Below are positions 1 to 10,500 of a stretch of DNA of 50,588 bases, piece after piece (position 1 is the stretch's first letter; each line of letters starts with the position of its first letter). The position numbers and the translations under genes are program-made. The notes beneath the pieces were generated by a model. It did no database searches. It worked only from the letters and a program-made list of their open reading frames with translations, and had not been told where the DNA came from. Origin of the DNA: an uncultured Methanomassiliicoccales archaeon (lineage in GTDB: Archaea; Thermoplasmatota; Thermoplasmata; SG8-5); the NCBI GenBank assembly GCA_938004075.1, contig CALKWP010000127.1, forward strand, positions 1 through 50,588, written 5' to 3'.

Positions 1-47
1 GAGATGGTGATTCGTGACTGGAGTTCAGACGTGTGCTCTTCCGATCT
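1..47. other. Illumina index-adapter remnant at contig end (technical artefact)
   Basis: Positions 14-47 read GTGACTGGAGTTCAGACGTGTGCTCTTCCGATCT, the standard Illumina adapter. Positions 1-13 (GAGAT + GGTGATTC) fit the preceding primer tail plus an 8-nt index. Not genomic sequence. Confidence 0.9.
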
Positions 48-696
48 CCATGATATCTTTCGCGTAGAACATGTACGCTTGGACCTGAGTGAGGTTCTGC
101 TCCCTGTGGGGCTTCCCGGACTTCCATTCAACCAGGTAATTTCGCCCATCATGAGAGAACACCAGGTCCGGCTTTGCGTATGCCTTCTTCCCGTCCAGCC
201 TGAACTCGCCGAATCCGGGCGGGTCGATGAGCCATTTCCTCCTGGCTTCTGGCTCGGAATCCTGCAGCATGGAGAGCCATCTGGAGCCATAGAATGTCCC
301 GATGCTGGTCCGTATCTGCTCATGGGCTTTCTCCCTGTCCTCCGGGGCGAAAGGTATCCCAAGCCGCTTCTCGATGAGTGGCTTGCTGGTGACCAGTATC
401 TCGAACTTCTGCACTGCCATCTGCTTCGCGATTTCTTCATCTAGAATGCAATCGTTGATTTGCAGATCCTCGAGCATCTCGGCAATGGTGCCGTGAACCG
501 AATTGCCCAGCTCGAACGGTATCTTGGAGAGGTTCTTCAGCTCCAGAATTTTCTTGCTCTCGCCGGCCGGCGCGAACCGCTTTGCATAGTACTCGTACCA
601 GTACAGGCGCAGGCAAACCCGCAGCGTGTTCATCCGGGAGTAGGACCAGCCCGGCTCCCATGAGAATGGGTATCTCTTCTGTTCCATCGGAGGCAT
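48..696 (-). CDS. PD-(D/E)XK nuclease superfamily protein (RecB/Cas4-like fold), 3' end truncated by contig end/adapter
   Basis: This is ORF 25..696, whose last codons read into the adapter. The N-terminal WSYSRMNTLRVCLRLYWYEYY resembles the S.S....CP..Y motif of PDDEXK_1 proteins. The C-terminal PDLVFSHDGRNYLVEWKSGK gives the D...(D/E)xK catalytic signature. Confidence 0.55.
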
Positions 697-787
697 CGAA
701 AAGGTATAGGCGACAGGAGATTATGCTTTGCGGTCGTTTTTCAAATAAAATGCATTATATTGATACAATTAGCAGAAACTAATTTAT

Positions 788-3700
788 ATGATATCCTGCT
801 TTATCAAAAGTAAATATACAAGTGGAGGGGCTAGTTTGTCATCATCTGTTTCCGAGTGGGCAAAGAAGAACCTGAACGCATCATTGGCTGTACTGATAGC
901 CATTTCTTTTTTGATCAGCGCGCTGCCGATTGCGCACAGCGCCATGGTGGGGGACGAGCCGGCGACGGTCATCGCGGCGAAGACGCTGACGAGGTCGGAG
1001 CCGGTGGTCATGCTCGGAAGCCAGTTCGCGACATTTGTGGCCGCTCAATACAACGTCAACAACCTTTTCCTGTGGGCTTACAGGGACGGCGCCTGGAAAC
1101 AGATGGGCTTCCAGATTGACGAGGCGAACGGCACCTTCCTAACAAGGTCCGGCGGCTCCGCAGGCCCGCACAAGCAGTTCTACATCCCGGGCAACGGGTG
1201 GATCGACAACGATGACGAGCTATGCTTCATGTCGCACGAGACCGGCGACCAAATTAACAGGCCGATAGGGGCGCCGGGGGCGAACACGACGATTCAGAGG
1301 TATGAGATAACCGTCACTGATCCACTGGACACTTCAAAGAAGGGCTGGGCTTACCTCTTCTACCACAACACCCCGCCCACATGGACATCGGCGGATTATG
1401 TCTCATGGACGGAATCCACAAGGCTAGTGAACGCTTACGGATACTCATTGGATTACTTTGACGGGCAGACCAGACAGCTGGCATTCAACGATATGCGTGT
1501 GAAGCCCAGCATCGGCGGAACCAACACCGACATTGTGGACAGGGAGAAGAAGTTCGGGCACCTGAATGTCGGCATCGACCCCCAGAGGTGCGAGTATGGC
1601 TCGAGCACCAGAGGCCTGGAGACCTATTACCCGGGCGTGCTGGACGACGACCCGAACTACCTGAACGAGTACGGCGTGAAGGACGGGCCCGTGCGGGTCA
1701 TCAAGCATATCAGGTGGGGGTTCGGCTCGGCAAATGCAATTGACACATCCGACAAGATGGGCTGGAGAGGCCAGGTGGAGTACAAGTATTACTCCAACAT
1801 GTTCACCGAGGACGAGATAATCAACGACTATAGCAACTCTGTCCTCACTTATGCATATTACAGGTCGATAGACCACACGGCCTCTGCAACGCCGATGTCC
1901 TATTACAACAGCCAGGGCGCGACCGCCACCATAAACGGCAACACCGGCGATGATAGCGTCCCGTCCGATGTCATGACATGGGATCAGGTGTCATCCGCCC
2001 GCGGTTCATATGTGACCAGGTACAAGATTGGCGCTTTCAGCGGCGTCACCGGTCTTGAGATAACGAACAAGTGGATTGACAATTCCGCCGCAACTGACAC
2101 AGACGGCACAAGGACCGGCGCGGAGGCCGGGCGCTACGGCGAGCACGGGATTTCCTGGTACTGCCCAATAGACGATTACAACTGGTACTACTCCAGGTCA
2201 TACTATTTCACTTATTTCTTACCCGCGAACAGCCCGAATGTCGGAGCCACATATGCTTCCTATGCGGATAGCCAGCTTGTGACCAACAACCCATCACCTG
2301 CGCTGCAGGCCTGGCACGCTGACAGCTACCCGCCCGTGACAGTCATAGGCACGGTGCTAGTGGGCGGCTCTTCCAACCTGGTTGTGCCGGTCTCTACAGC
2401 TGGAAACGCGGTGATAGCCGCGACCGTGAGGGATGTCGAAACAGGCAACAGCAACATCGCGTCCGCCGTATGGACTGACGGATTCGCCAACTTCCCCGGA
2501 ACTGCGATGACAGCCACTGACGGCAGCTTCAACAGCGCGAATGAGGCAGTTCGATACACCGCCAACCTGGCGACCTGGCCAGTGGGAGTTCATGAGATTC
2601 ATGTGTACGGAACGGATGCGCTGCTCAACAAGAACGAGACATCGACCGAGCATGCTACTGTCACGATACTAGATGACCTGCCGCCGCTGACCAAGGCCGG
2701 CACAGTGCGCGTCAACGGGGCGACAACACACACGGTCCTCTTCTCGGAGACCGTGCCGGTGCAACTCACCGCGACGGTGGACGACACGAATCGCGGGTTC
2801 TCCGACATAATCTCGACGGTCTGGACGCCGCAGTTCGCAGCGTTCCCGGGAACAGCCATGGGTGCAGCTGATGGCGATTACGATAATTATCTTGAAAACG
2901 TGGAAACCACACTGGACCTCCCGAGCTGGAATGCGGGAGTGTACAATGTCCATGTCTACGGCACGGATGCCGTGCCGTTGCAGAACCAGGTGTCCACGGA
3001 GAAGGCAGTCGTCACCATCATCGACGACGTCGCGCCGCTGACCACCGGGGTGCTTCTGAACGGCCAGCCATTGCTGTCGATGGGCATCACTGACGACCCG
3101 ATACTGGAGCTCACCGCCCTTGTGGACGATGCAGGGCGTGGCGGGACAACCATCGCCGGCGCCAACTACACGATTGGCGCGCAGATGTGGGGCAGTTCCG
3201 TCGTGATGGACCCGGTTAACGTGCTGGACAGCGCCACCGAGGCGTTCTCCAACGTGATCGATGTGACCGGGTGGTTCCCTGGCACTTACCTGTTCTACGT
3301 TTACGGCAGGGACGCGGTGCCCAACTGCGACAACGCCAATGCCCCGTTCGCGACGCTGATAATCACCAACGAGTTCGCGCCGGAGGTCAGGGACGTTCTG
3401 ATTGACGGAGTACCGGAGATATCAATACCGTTCTCCAACAGGGGCCTGCACACCCTCACCGCAACGCTTGACGACACGGATCGCGGCGACAACATAATCG
3501 CAGGCGCAAATCACACAGTCGGCATGGTGAACTGGCCGACGAGCATGCCAATGACGCCGGTGGGCGACCTGGACTCTCCCATCGAGGACTTCACCGCCAC
3601 TGTTGACACCGCCGGGTGGACGGTCGGATCGCATGACCTTTACGTCTACGGGTGGGACGAGGCCAACGATTGCAACGCCACCTCCCAGGCCTTCGCCAGG

Positions 3701-6700
3701 ATTGTCATTTACGATGATGTCAAGCCGAACGCTGACACCGTACGGATAAACGGCCAGGAGTTCTACGAGACCAACAATATGTTTGCCGGAACGGTCGCCG
3801 TCACCGCATGGGTTGACGACAGAACAACAGGCAACACAGTAATCGGCGGTGCGAACTTCACGGTCGGGCCGGCAAAATGGCCAGGCGCAGCAATGTTACC
3901 GGTCAACGCTCTGGACAGCGCCAGGGAGCAGTTCACCGCCACCCAGGACATCACTGGCTGGACTGCCGGAATATACTATTTCTATGCATACGGATGGGAC
4001 AGCGTCCCGAACCGCAACCCGGTCCCGGGCGCTTTCGCCACGCTCATAATCCACGACGTGATGGCGCCGACCATCAACAACATCCGCATCAACGGCACGC
4101 CGATATTCACGATAGACTATGCCAACGCGACGACGGTCGAACTCACCGCGCTCCTTGACGACACGGGGCGAGGGAACTCGGAAATAGCTGGCGCGAACTA
4201 CACGATGGGCTTCAGGGACTGGCCGAGCGCGTTGCCGATGGCTACGCGCGACGACGAGGCCTATGCGGACGTTCCCGTGGCCGGGACTGTGAGCGGCACC
4301 TACCAGAGGATTCGGGAGAATCCGGACGACGGGGTGTATCAGGATATCACTGAGGCAACGACAACCGGCCAGACGCTTTACAATTATGCATCGGGAACCG
4401 GCACGAACAAGTGGGCCTATGTCGTTGACAGCGACAGCGCGCCGATGGAAGATGCACCCAATTCGCAGACTGTGTTGACCTCAACCCAGTACACGCAGAT
4501 TAGCGCATCCGACAACAGCCGGTACACATCAATAGACCCAGGATACGATGATTATGTCAGCATAAGATGCAATCTTTACCTCGCAACTCCGCCCACGCTA
4601 TCCAGCCAGGGCATCACGCTGTCATGGGAGGGTTATGTGTCCAGAGCCGGGAATGTCAATATCTACGCCAGGAACCAGGTTGCTGGAACGTGGACGCAGG
4701 TAGTCAGCTCTGCGGCGGCTACATCTGCCGCAGGCGAATCGACAATCTCAGGCACGCTGACCGGCGTGACATGGGCTAACTACATCGCAGGCGCCAGCAA
4801 CGAGTTCATATTCCTTGTTCAATTCATGACTCGGGACCCTCTGATTGGCACAACCACCATGACCACTGACTACATCAGCGCCAACGTGCAGCACAACGTA
4901 ATCGGCCTGGAGCACCGCTGGCGCTTCGACATGGGCTCCAACCCGACCTTCTATGTTGATGCGAAGAACCCGGCCACATCGGACAGCATTTTCAAATTCC
5001 AGTATTCCACGAACGGCGGAACGGCCTGGAGCGACTTCCCCGCCAACATCCAGTACGCGCCGGGCGAGGTTGATGTGCTGAAATCGTCAACGATACCGCT
5101 GGCCACTTACTACGACACTTTCCTGGTGAGAGTTGTGACACTCAACCCCGGCCCCAACGCCGACACCTTCTCGGTGGACAGGATGTGGGCCACCGGGCAG
5201 TTCAACAACAACCCCGAGGCGGTTTACAAGGTCATCGACATCTCTAACTGGCAGCCCGGGGAGTATCAGCTTTATGTTTACGGCTGGGACAAGACGCCGC
5301 AATACAATGCCACCTCTCGAGCCTACGCTACGCTGATAATCAGCGACCACCAGGCACCGGAGGTACTGAACTTCCTGGTCGAAGGAGCTAAACAAGCCGA
5401 TGTCTGGCTGTCGCAGGGCACCATCACGCTCACGGGAACGGTGGACGATTCCCGCACCGGCAACGCGAACATCGCCTGGGGCGGGTACGCGCATGAGGAC
5501 GCGAACATGACGATAGGCGAGTACATGACCAACGACACCGCGCTGGACAGCCCGGTGGAGACATTCAACCATGTGGCCAACATCAGCGGCTGGCATGCCG
5601 GATTCAACAGGTTCTTCATGTACGGCGGCGACGCCTCCGGAATGAACAACGAGACAAAGCTGGAGAACGTTACAGTCGAGGTCAAGGACGACGTCGCCCC
5701 GGCAACGAAGGACTGGAGCACCAGGCTGGACGGCGTCACGGAGCGGTGGATAGACCCGCTGCTTACAACGACGGTGACGGTCACTGCGATCATCAACGAC
5801 ACCATGCGCGGCTGGTCGAACATAACCCGGGCCCAGTACACGGTGGGCGCGGGCAACTTCACCGGCAACTGGATGACGCCTGCTGTCGGCGGCTGGGACA
5901 ATTGCACCAAGCAGGTCACGGCCGTCATAGACGTCACGGACTGGCTGCCCGACACGTATTACATCTACGTTTACGGAACGGACTCATGGAACAACTCGCA
6001 GACGACGGTGCTCACCTATGCCATTCTGTACCTGGACAACAACGGGCCGGCAATCGAGGGGCCCTGGGCGGGGCCGACGCTGACCCTGGCGACACAGAGC
6101 CCGTACGTCTTCGTCACGGGAACATCGTTCGTCATCAAGGCCTACGGCGACGAGCGGCAGCGCGGACGCTCCGTGGTCGTCGGCGCCGAATACTTCGTGG
6201 ACACAATAGGCGCAAACGGCACCGGGACCGCGATGGCAAACGTGGGCTTCAGGTTCGACTCGGCATACGAGGGCGCCAGAGCCACAATTGACTGCTCGGC
6301 CTGGGTGCCGGGCGAGTTCCACATCTACTACATCCACTTCAAGGATGCCATGGGCGCCTGGGGCGACATGGGTTCCGTGCTGGTGATGAAGAAAGGGCCG
6401 GAATACAACATCCCTATTCAGATTGGGTGGAACCTCATCTCGCTGCCGCTGATAACGCCGAGCGGTGACCTTGCCACAATCCTTTCAGGCATTTCCTGGG
6501 ACAGGGCTTACATCTACGACCCGCTCAACCCGTATCCATGGCTATCCAACCGGAAAACCGGACTGCCGGAATTCAATGATTTCACAAATGTGGACATCAC
6601 GATGGGAATATGGGTACATGCGACCGCCGCTGGAACGCTGGCAATCTCTGGCGGAATTCCTGCTTCGCCTCAGATAATGCTTCATGCGGGCTGGAACCTC

Positions 6701-6901
6701 GTCGGATACCCGACGATGACTTCCAGGAACGCCGCTCTGGCGCTAACAGGCACTAATGCGGACATGATGGCTGTTTACGACAGCTCTTCGCCATCGCTCA
6801 TGCGGGACATAATCGGGGACTTCTCGACCGAGATCTTGCAGGCGGGAAACGGGTACTGGATACATGTGCCAGCGGATGTGGTGTGGGTCATAAACTGGTG
6901 A
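788..6901 (+). CDS. Giant secreted surface/adhesin-like protein with about 11 divergent Ig-like repeats and a C-terminal GWNL module
   Basis: Uninterrupted 2037-aa ORF. The N-terminus has a basic plus hydrophobic segment (KKNLNASLAVLIAISFLISALPIAHS). Recurrent modules of about 115 aa follow the pattern DDxxP...VNG...LTAxVDDxxRGxSxI...W..G.H...VYGxDA. The C-terminus reads GWNLISLP...GWNLVGYP...GNGYWIHV. An alternative TTG start at 836 is preceded by GGAGGGG. Confidence 0.8.
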   Translation: MISCFIKSKYTSGGASLSSSVSEWAKKNLNASLAVLIAISFLISALPIAHSAMVGDEPATVIAAKTLTRSEPVVMLGSQFATFVAAQYNVNNLFLWAYRDGAWKQMGFQIDEANGTFLTRSGGSAGPHKQFYIPGNGWIDNDDELCFMSHETGDQINRPIGAPGANTTIQRYEITVTDPLDTSKKGWAYLFYHNTPPTWTSADYVSWTESTRLVNAYGYSLDYFDGQTRQLAFNDMRVKPSIGGTNTDIVDREKKFGHLNVGIDPQRCEYGSSTRGLETYYPGVLDDDPNYLNEYGVKDGPVRVIKHIRWGFGSANAIDTSDKMGWRGQVEYKYYSNMFTEDEIINDYSNSVLTYAYYRSIDHTASATPMSYYNSQGATATINGNTGDDSVPSDVMTWDQVSSARGSYVTRYKIGAFSGVTGLEITNKWIDNSAATDTDGTRTGAEAGRYGEHGISWYCPIDDYNWYYSRSYYFTYFLPANSPNVGATYASYADSQLVTNNPSPALQAWHADSYPPVTVIGTVLVGGSSNLVVPVSTAGNAVIAATVRDVETGNSNIASAVWTDGFANFPGTAMTATDGSFNSANEAVRYTANLATWPVGVHEIHVYGTDALLNKNETSTEHATVTILDDLPPLTKAGTVRVNGATTHTVLFSETVPVQLTATVDDTNRGFSDIISTVWTPQFAAFPGTAMGAADGDYDNYLENVETTLDLPSWNAGVYNVHVYGTDAVPLQNQVSTEKAVVTIIDDVAPLTTGVLLNGQPLLSMGITDDPILELTALVDDAGRGGTTIAGANYTIGAQMWGSSVVMDPVNVLDSATEAFSNVIDVTGWFPGTYLFYVYGRDAVPNCDNANAPFATLIITNEFAPEVRDVLIDGVPEISIPFSNRGLHTLTATLDDTDRGDNIIAGANHTVGMVNWPTSMPMTPVGDLDSPIEDFTATVDTAGWTVGSHDLYVYGWDEANDCNATSQAFARIVIYDDVKPNADTVRINGQEFYETNNMFAGTVAVTAWVDDRTTGNTVIGGANFTVGPAKWPGAAMLPVNALDSAREQFTATQDITGWTAGIYYFYAYGWDSVPNRNPVPGAFATLIIHDVMAPTINNIRINGTPIFTIDYANATTVELTALLDDTGRGNSEIAGANYTMGFRDWPSALPMATRDDEAYADVPVAGTVSGTYQRIRENPDDGVYQDITEATTTGQTLYNYASGTGTNKWAYVVDSDSAPMEDAPNSQTVLTSTQYTQISASDNSRYTSIDPGYDDYVSIRCNLYLATPPTLSSQGITLSWEGYVSRAGNVNIYARNQVAGTWTQVVSSAAATSAAGESTISGTLTGVTWANYIAGASNEFIFLVQFMTRDPLIGTTTMTTDYISANVQHNVIGLEHRWRFDMGSNPTFYVDAKNPATSDSIFKFQYSTNGGTAWSDFPANIQYAPGEVDVLKSSTIPLATYYDTFLVRVVTLNPGPNADTFSVDRMWATGQFNNNPEAVYKVIDISNWQPGEYQLYVYGWDKTPQYNATSRAYATLIISDHQAPEVLNFLVEGAKQADVWLSQGTITLTGTVDDSRTGNANIAWGGYAHEDANMTIGEYMTNDTALDSPVETFNHVANISGWHAGFNRFFMYGGDASGMNNETKLENVTVEVKDDVAPATKDWSTRLDGVTERWIDPLLTTTVTVTAIINDTMRGWSNITRAQYTVGAGNFTGNWMTPAVGGWDNCTKQVTAVIDVTDWLPDTYYIYVYGTDSWNNSQTTVLTYAILYLDNNGPAIEGPWAGPTLTLATQSPYVFVTGTSFVIKAYGDERQRGRSVVVGAEYFVDTIGANGTGTAMANVGFRFDSAYEGARATIDCSAWVPGEFHIYYIHFKDAMGAWGDMGSVLVMKKGPEYNIPIQIGWNLISLPLITPSGDLATILSGISWDRAYIYDPLNPYPWLSNRKTGLPEFNDFTNVDITMGIWVHATAAGTLAISGGIPASPQIMLHAGWNLVGYPTMTSRNAALALTGTNADMMAVYDSSSPSLMRDIIGDFSTEILQAGNGYWIHVPADVVWVINW

Positions 6902-6905
6902 ATGA

Positions 6906-7409
6906 CTATTTTCGCCTTCTGCCTTTGCCGGACGCTTTGACAGGCGGCTTGCCCCGCGACAGAGCAAGAGCCAATATCACTGTGATTGCGACCACGGCGC
7001 ATATAGCCACCGCGAGGTAAATCGAATGACTAGAAACAACACCCTTCTCCGACACGAACACATTGCACTCATCCAGTGCGCTGCCCGAAACGGTGACGCG
7101 CGCAGTTCCTTCCAGTGCCCCGTTGGAGGATTCTGCCTTTACAGTGATGACATCCCCAACCTGATACCCGCCGCTCATGGAGGAGAGGTCCGCCTGGTAA
7201 TGGCCAAGCGCATCGGTTGTCGTGGATATGGTTGCATCAGTCCGGGAGTTTTTGAGGGTAACAGTGGCATTTCCTATGGTTTGGCCCCCGGAAACGCTCA
7301 CAACGCCGTATATTGCATGCGGCATGCCCTGCGCCTGCACCAAAAAATTTGCCGCTAGGCAGATGACTATGAGCAGTGAAATTGCCGGTATGACCCTTCC
7401 GAACTTCAT
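6906..7409 (-). CDS. Small membrane-anchored surface protein with a prealbumin/carboxypeptidase-regulatory-like domain
   Basis: 167 aa with signal peptide MKFGRVIPAISLLIVICLAANFLVQAQG. The motif PHAIYGVVSV...TVTLKNSRTD...TDALGHYQADL...GDVITV is paralogous to the N-termini of the neighbouring giant proteins. There is a C-terminal TM segment followed by a KGRRRK tail. Confidence 0.7.
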   Translation of the reverse strand: MKFGRVIPAISLLIVICLAANFLVQAQGMPHAIYGVVSVSGGQTIGNATVTLKNSRTDATISTTTDALGHYQADLSSMSGGYQVGDVITVKAESSNGALEGTARVTVSGSALDECNVFVSEKGVVSSHSIYLAVAICAVVAITVILALALSRGKPPVKASGKGRRRK

Positions 7410-7562
7410 GATTTCAATCCCGTAACGTGATTTCTTTATTTACATTTTTACATTGCATATTAATTGACATTCAGTGATAATGTATATATATTATATAGGT
7501 ATTCTCCGAAAATACAAAGCGGGCACTCATTTTCGGGAGCCCCAAAAATGGAGGGAGTTGAG

Positions 7563-10500
7563 ATGATAGCAGAAAAACTTAACAAGGGAATGTTAGTAAG
7601 AGTCCAGGCATTTGTCCTGGTTAGCTTGATGATTGCGGCGGGGACCATCGCCATGGCTCCGGCAGTGCTGGCCGGGAATGGTTCGGGCAAAACGACGTTC
7701 GATCTGTTCGAACCGCATGCAATCTATGGCTACGTGAAAGAGGACAGCTTCGCCCTGATGTCGGGGATTGATGTCACAGTCACGAATGACCGCACCGGCG
7801 AGTTTTTGCAGGGCACCAGCGATGCCCTTGGCAGGTATGACGTAGACCTCGCAGGCCTCACAACCGGATACCTGGCCGGCGACCTTATCGTCGTCACCAT
7901 AACCAGCGGCTACAACAGCACGACCGTTGATACGTTATTGCCGGCGCAGCGCGTTGACATAATCATGGATCTGACCGATCCGGCATCCGCAGCCAGCATT
8001 GTGCCTGCCTATGACAACACCGGCACCTGGAATGTTGACCTGACAGGAGATGACGTCCTGGTGAACAACTATGCCAGCGGCATTTACTCGGTTGATGTTT
8101 ATGTTGAGACCCCGGCGACCCCGGGCACGTTCAACCTGTGGACAACGGATTATGACCCGTTCATAGGAACATTCGCGTACACGCCGGTTGATGGCGAGGG
8201 CGTTTATTATTTCTATTCAGTGGCTACAGATTACGCGGGAAATGTCGAGGTCAAGTCCGTTGCTGACGATTCCATAATATACGATATCACAGCCCCCACA
8301 TCCACAGTAACAGGGCCACTTGCCTCCGACGCGTTCACATTCCCCCTCACTTACGATGCAGCCGACCCCGGCGCAGCCCCGAGCGGCCTTGCCTGGGTAA
8401 ACATATACTACTCGGACGATGGCGGCAACACTTGGACATTCCTGATTGATTCCTTCGGCAGCCCCCAGACAGTCACTGTCCCGGCAGATGGGACATATGA
8501 CTGGTACACTGCGGCATTCGACAATGCCGGCAACTCCGAACCAGAGCCGCCGACAGACGCGACTTTCATTGAATTCACAACCATAGTTGACACAGTGGCA
8601 CCGACCATTGGCGCAACGACCGTTGACAAGCCCTACATCAACTCCCAGGGCACGTTCGGCGGCATAACGCCCCCGGTCATGGTGACCACCGAGATTACCG
8701 ATGACAACCTGGCCGCGGGCGGCTGGGCTGTTAGGGACTACCAGCAGTGGGAAGGCACAATGTACTTCACCGTCGATATTACCAACGAGATAATGCCAGC
8801 CACTTACGGCTGGGACGGCTCCTGGTATCACCTTGACGGCGTGCTTGTGACCGCGGGAATATCGCCATTCTTCGCACCAGCAGGCGACCTGTTCGTCATG
8901 GGCGAAGTGAACGGTGCAACCATTCCGGGCGACAGCATCGGCAACAACCTCCCGACCAACTACGTCACCTTCCAACCTGACGGGACCATGCCGGTCGTGT
9001 ACTCGACCGAGGGAACGCTCGATTACTCTGATGACGTCGTCGTGGCGCCAGTTCCCGGAGACACTTTCCGCGCATACAGGTACGACGAAGGCGCAGGATA
9101 CGTCGCAACCACCGCTGTCTACACCTTCACAGTGAACCCATGGGTTTCCAACCTGACAATATCGCCGGTCCCCGATGGCCAGTATGCCGTCTGCGTATCC
9201 GCGATTGACGAAGCCGGAAACACCGCGTGGACAAACGAGACCACGCCGAACCCGGTCATCACGGTGGACAACTTCCCGCCGCAAGCGACAGCGACCGGCC
9301 CTCAGACGTCCAATGTATACACTTTCGATGTAACTTACACATGGGTCGCGGACCCGCTCCCATCCAGCGGACTTCTTAACATCACGCTTTTCTACAACAG
9401 GGAATCCGCAGGATGGATGACATACGGTACAGATCCAACACCGAATGACGGTGCATTCCCTGTTGACGTCACCCTGATTGGCGGCGATGGGACTTATGAG
9501 TGGTGCCTTGTGGCATTCGACAACACCGACAACCGCGAGGATGCAGCCATTGCCACAGAAGCAACCACCCTGGTCGACACTGCTGCTCCGACAATTGGCG
9601 CAACAACTGTCGACAAGCTATATTTCAACAACCAGGGCACGTTCGGTGGCATCGCGCCTCCGGTCATGGTGACCACCGAGATTACCGATGACAACCTGGC
9701 CGCGGGCGGCTGGGCTGTTAGGGACTACCAGCAGTGGGAAGGCACAATGTACTTCACCGTCGATATTACCAACGAGATAATGCCAGCCACTTACGGCTGG
9801 GACGGCTCCTGGTATCACCTTGACGGCGTGCTTGTGACCGCGGGAATATCGCCATTCTTCGCACCAGCAGGCGACCTGTTCGTCATGGGCGAAGTGAACG
9901 GTGCAACCATTCCGGGCGACAGCATCGGCAACAACCTCCCGACCAACTACGTCACCTTCCAACCTGACGGGACCATGCCGGTCGTGTACTCGACCGAGGG
10001 AACGCTCGATTACTCTGATGACGTCGTCGTGGCGCCAGTTCCCGGAGACACTTTCCGCGCATACAGGTACGACGAAGGCGCAGGATACGTCGCAACCACC
10101 GCTGTCTACACCTTCACAGTGAACCCATGGGTTTCCAACCTGACAATATCGCCGGTCCCCGATGGCCAGTATGCCGTCTGCGTATCCGCGATTGACGAAG
10201 CCGGAAACACCGCGTGGACCAACGAGACCACGCCGAACCCGGTCATCACGGTGGATAACTTCGCCCCGGACGCTGACGCAACGGGACCTGCTTACTCAAA
10301 CGTATACATCTTTGATATCACATACACATACGTCGCAGACCCGGCTCCCTCGAGCGGGCTTCTGAATGTTTCGCTGTGGTACAACCTTGATGGAAATGGA
10401 TGGATCTGGTTCGCTGAGTCTTCTACCTTGGACGGATTGTTCCCGGTAGATATTTCCGCCCTCGGGGACGGCGTGTACGAGTGGTTCATCGCCGCGTTCG

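Noticed and set aside
8217-9284. Long antisense or alternative-frame ORFs inside the giant genes, for example 8217..9284 (-), 14983..15741 (-), 18069..19025 (-), 5323..5955 (-) and 22228..22815 (+).
   Set aside because: They are shadow ORFs typical of GC-rich coding DNA. They lie fully inside much longer ORFs with clear repeat and domain structure, and they have R/G/P/H-rich compositions and no translation signals.
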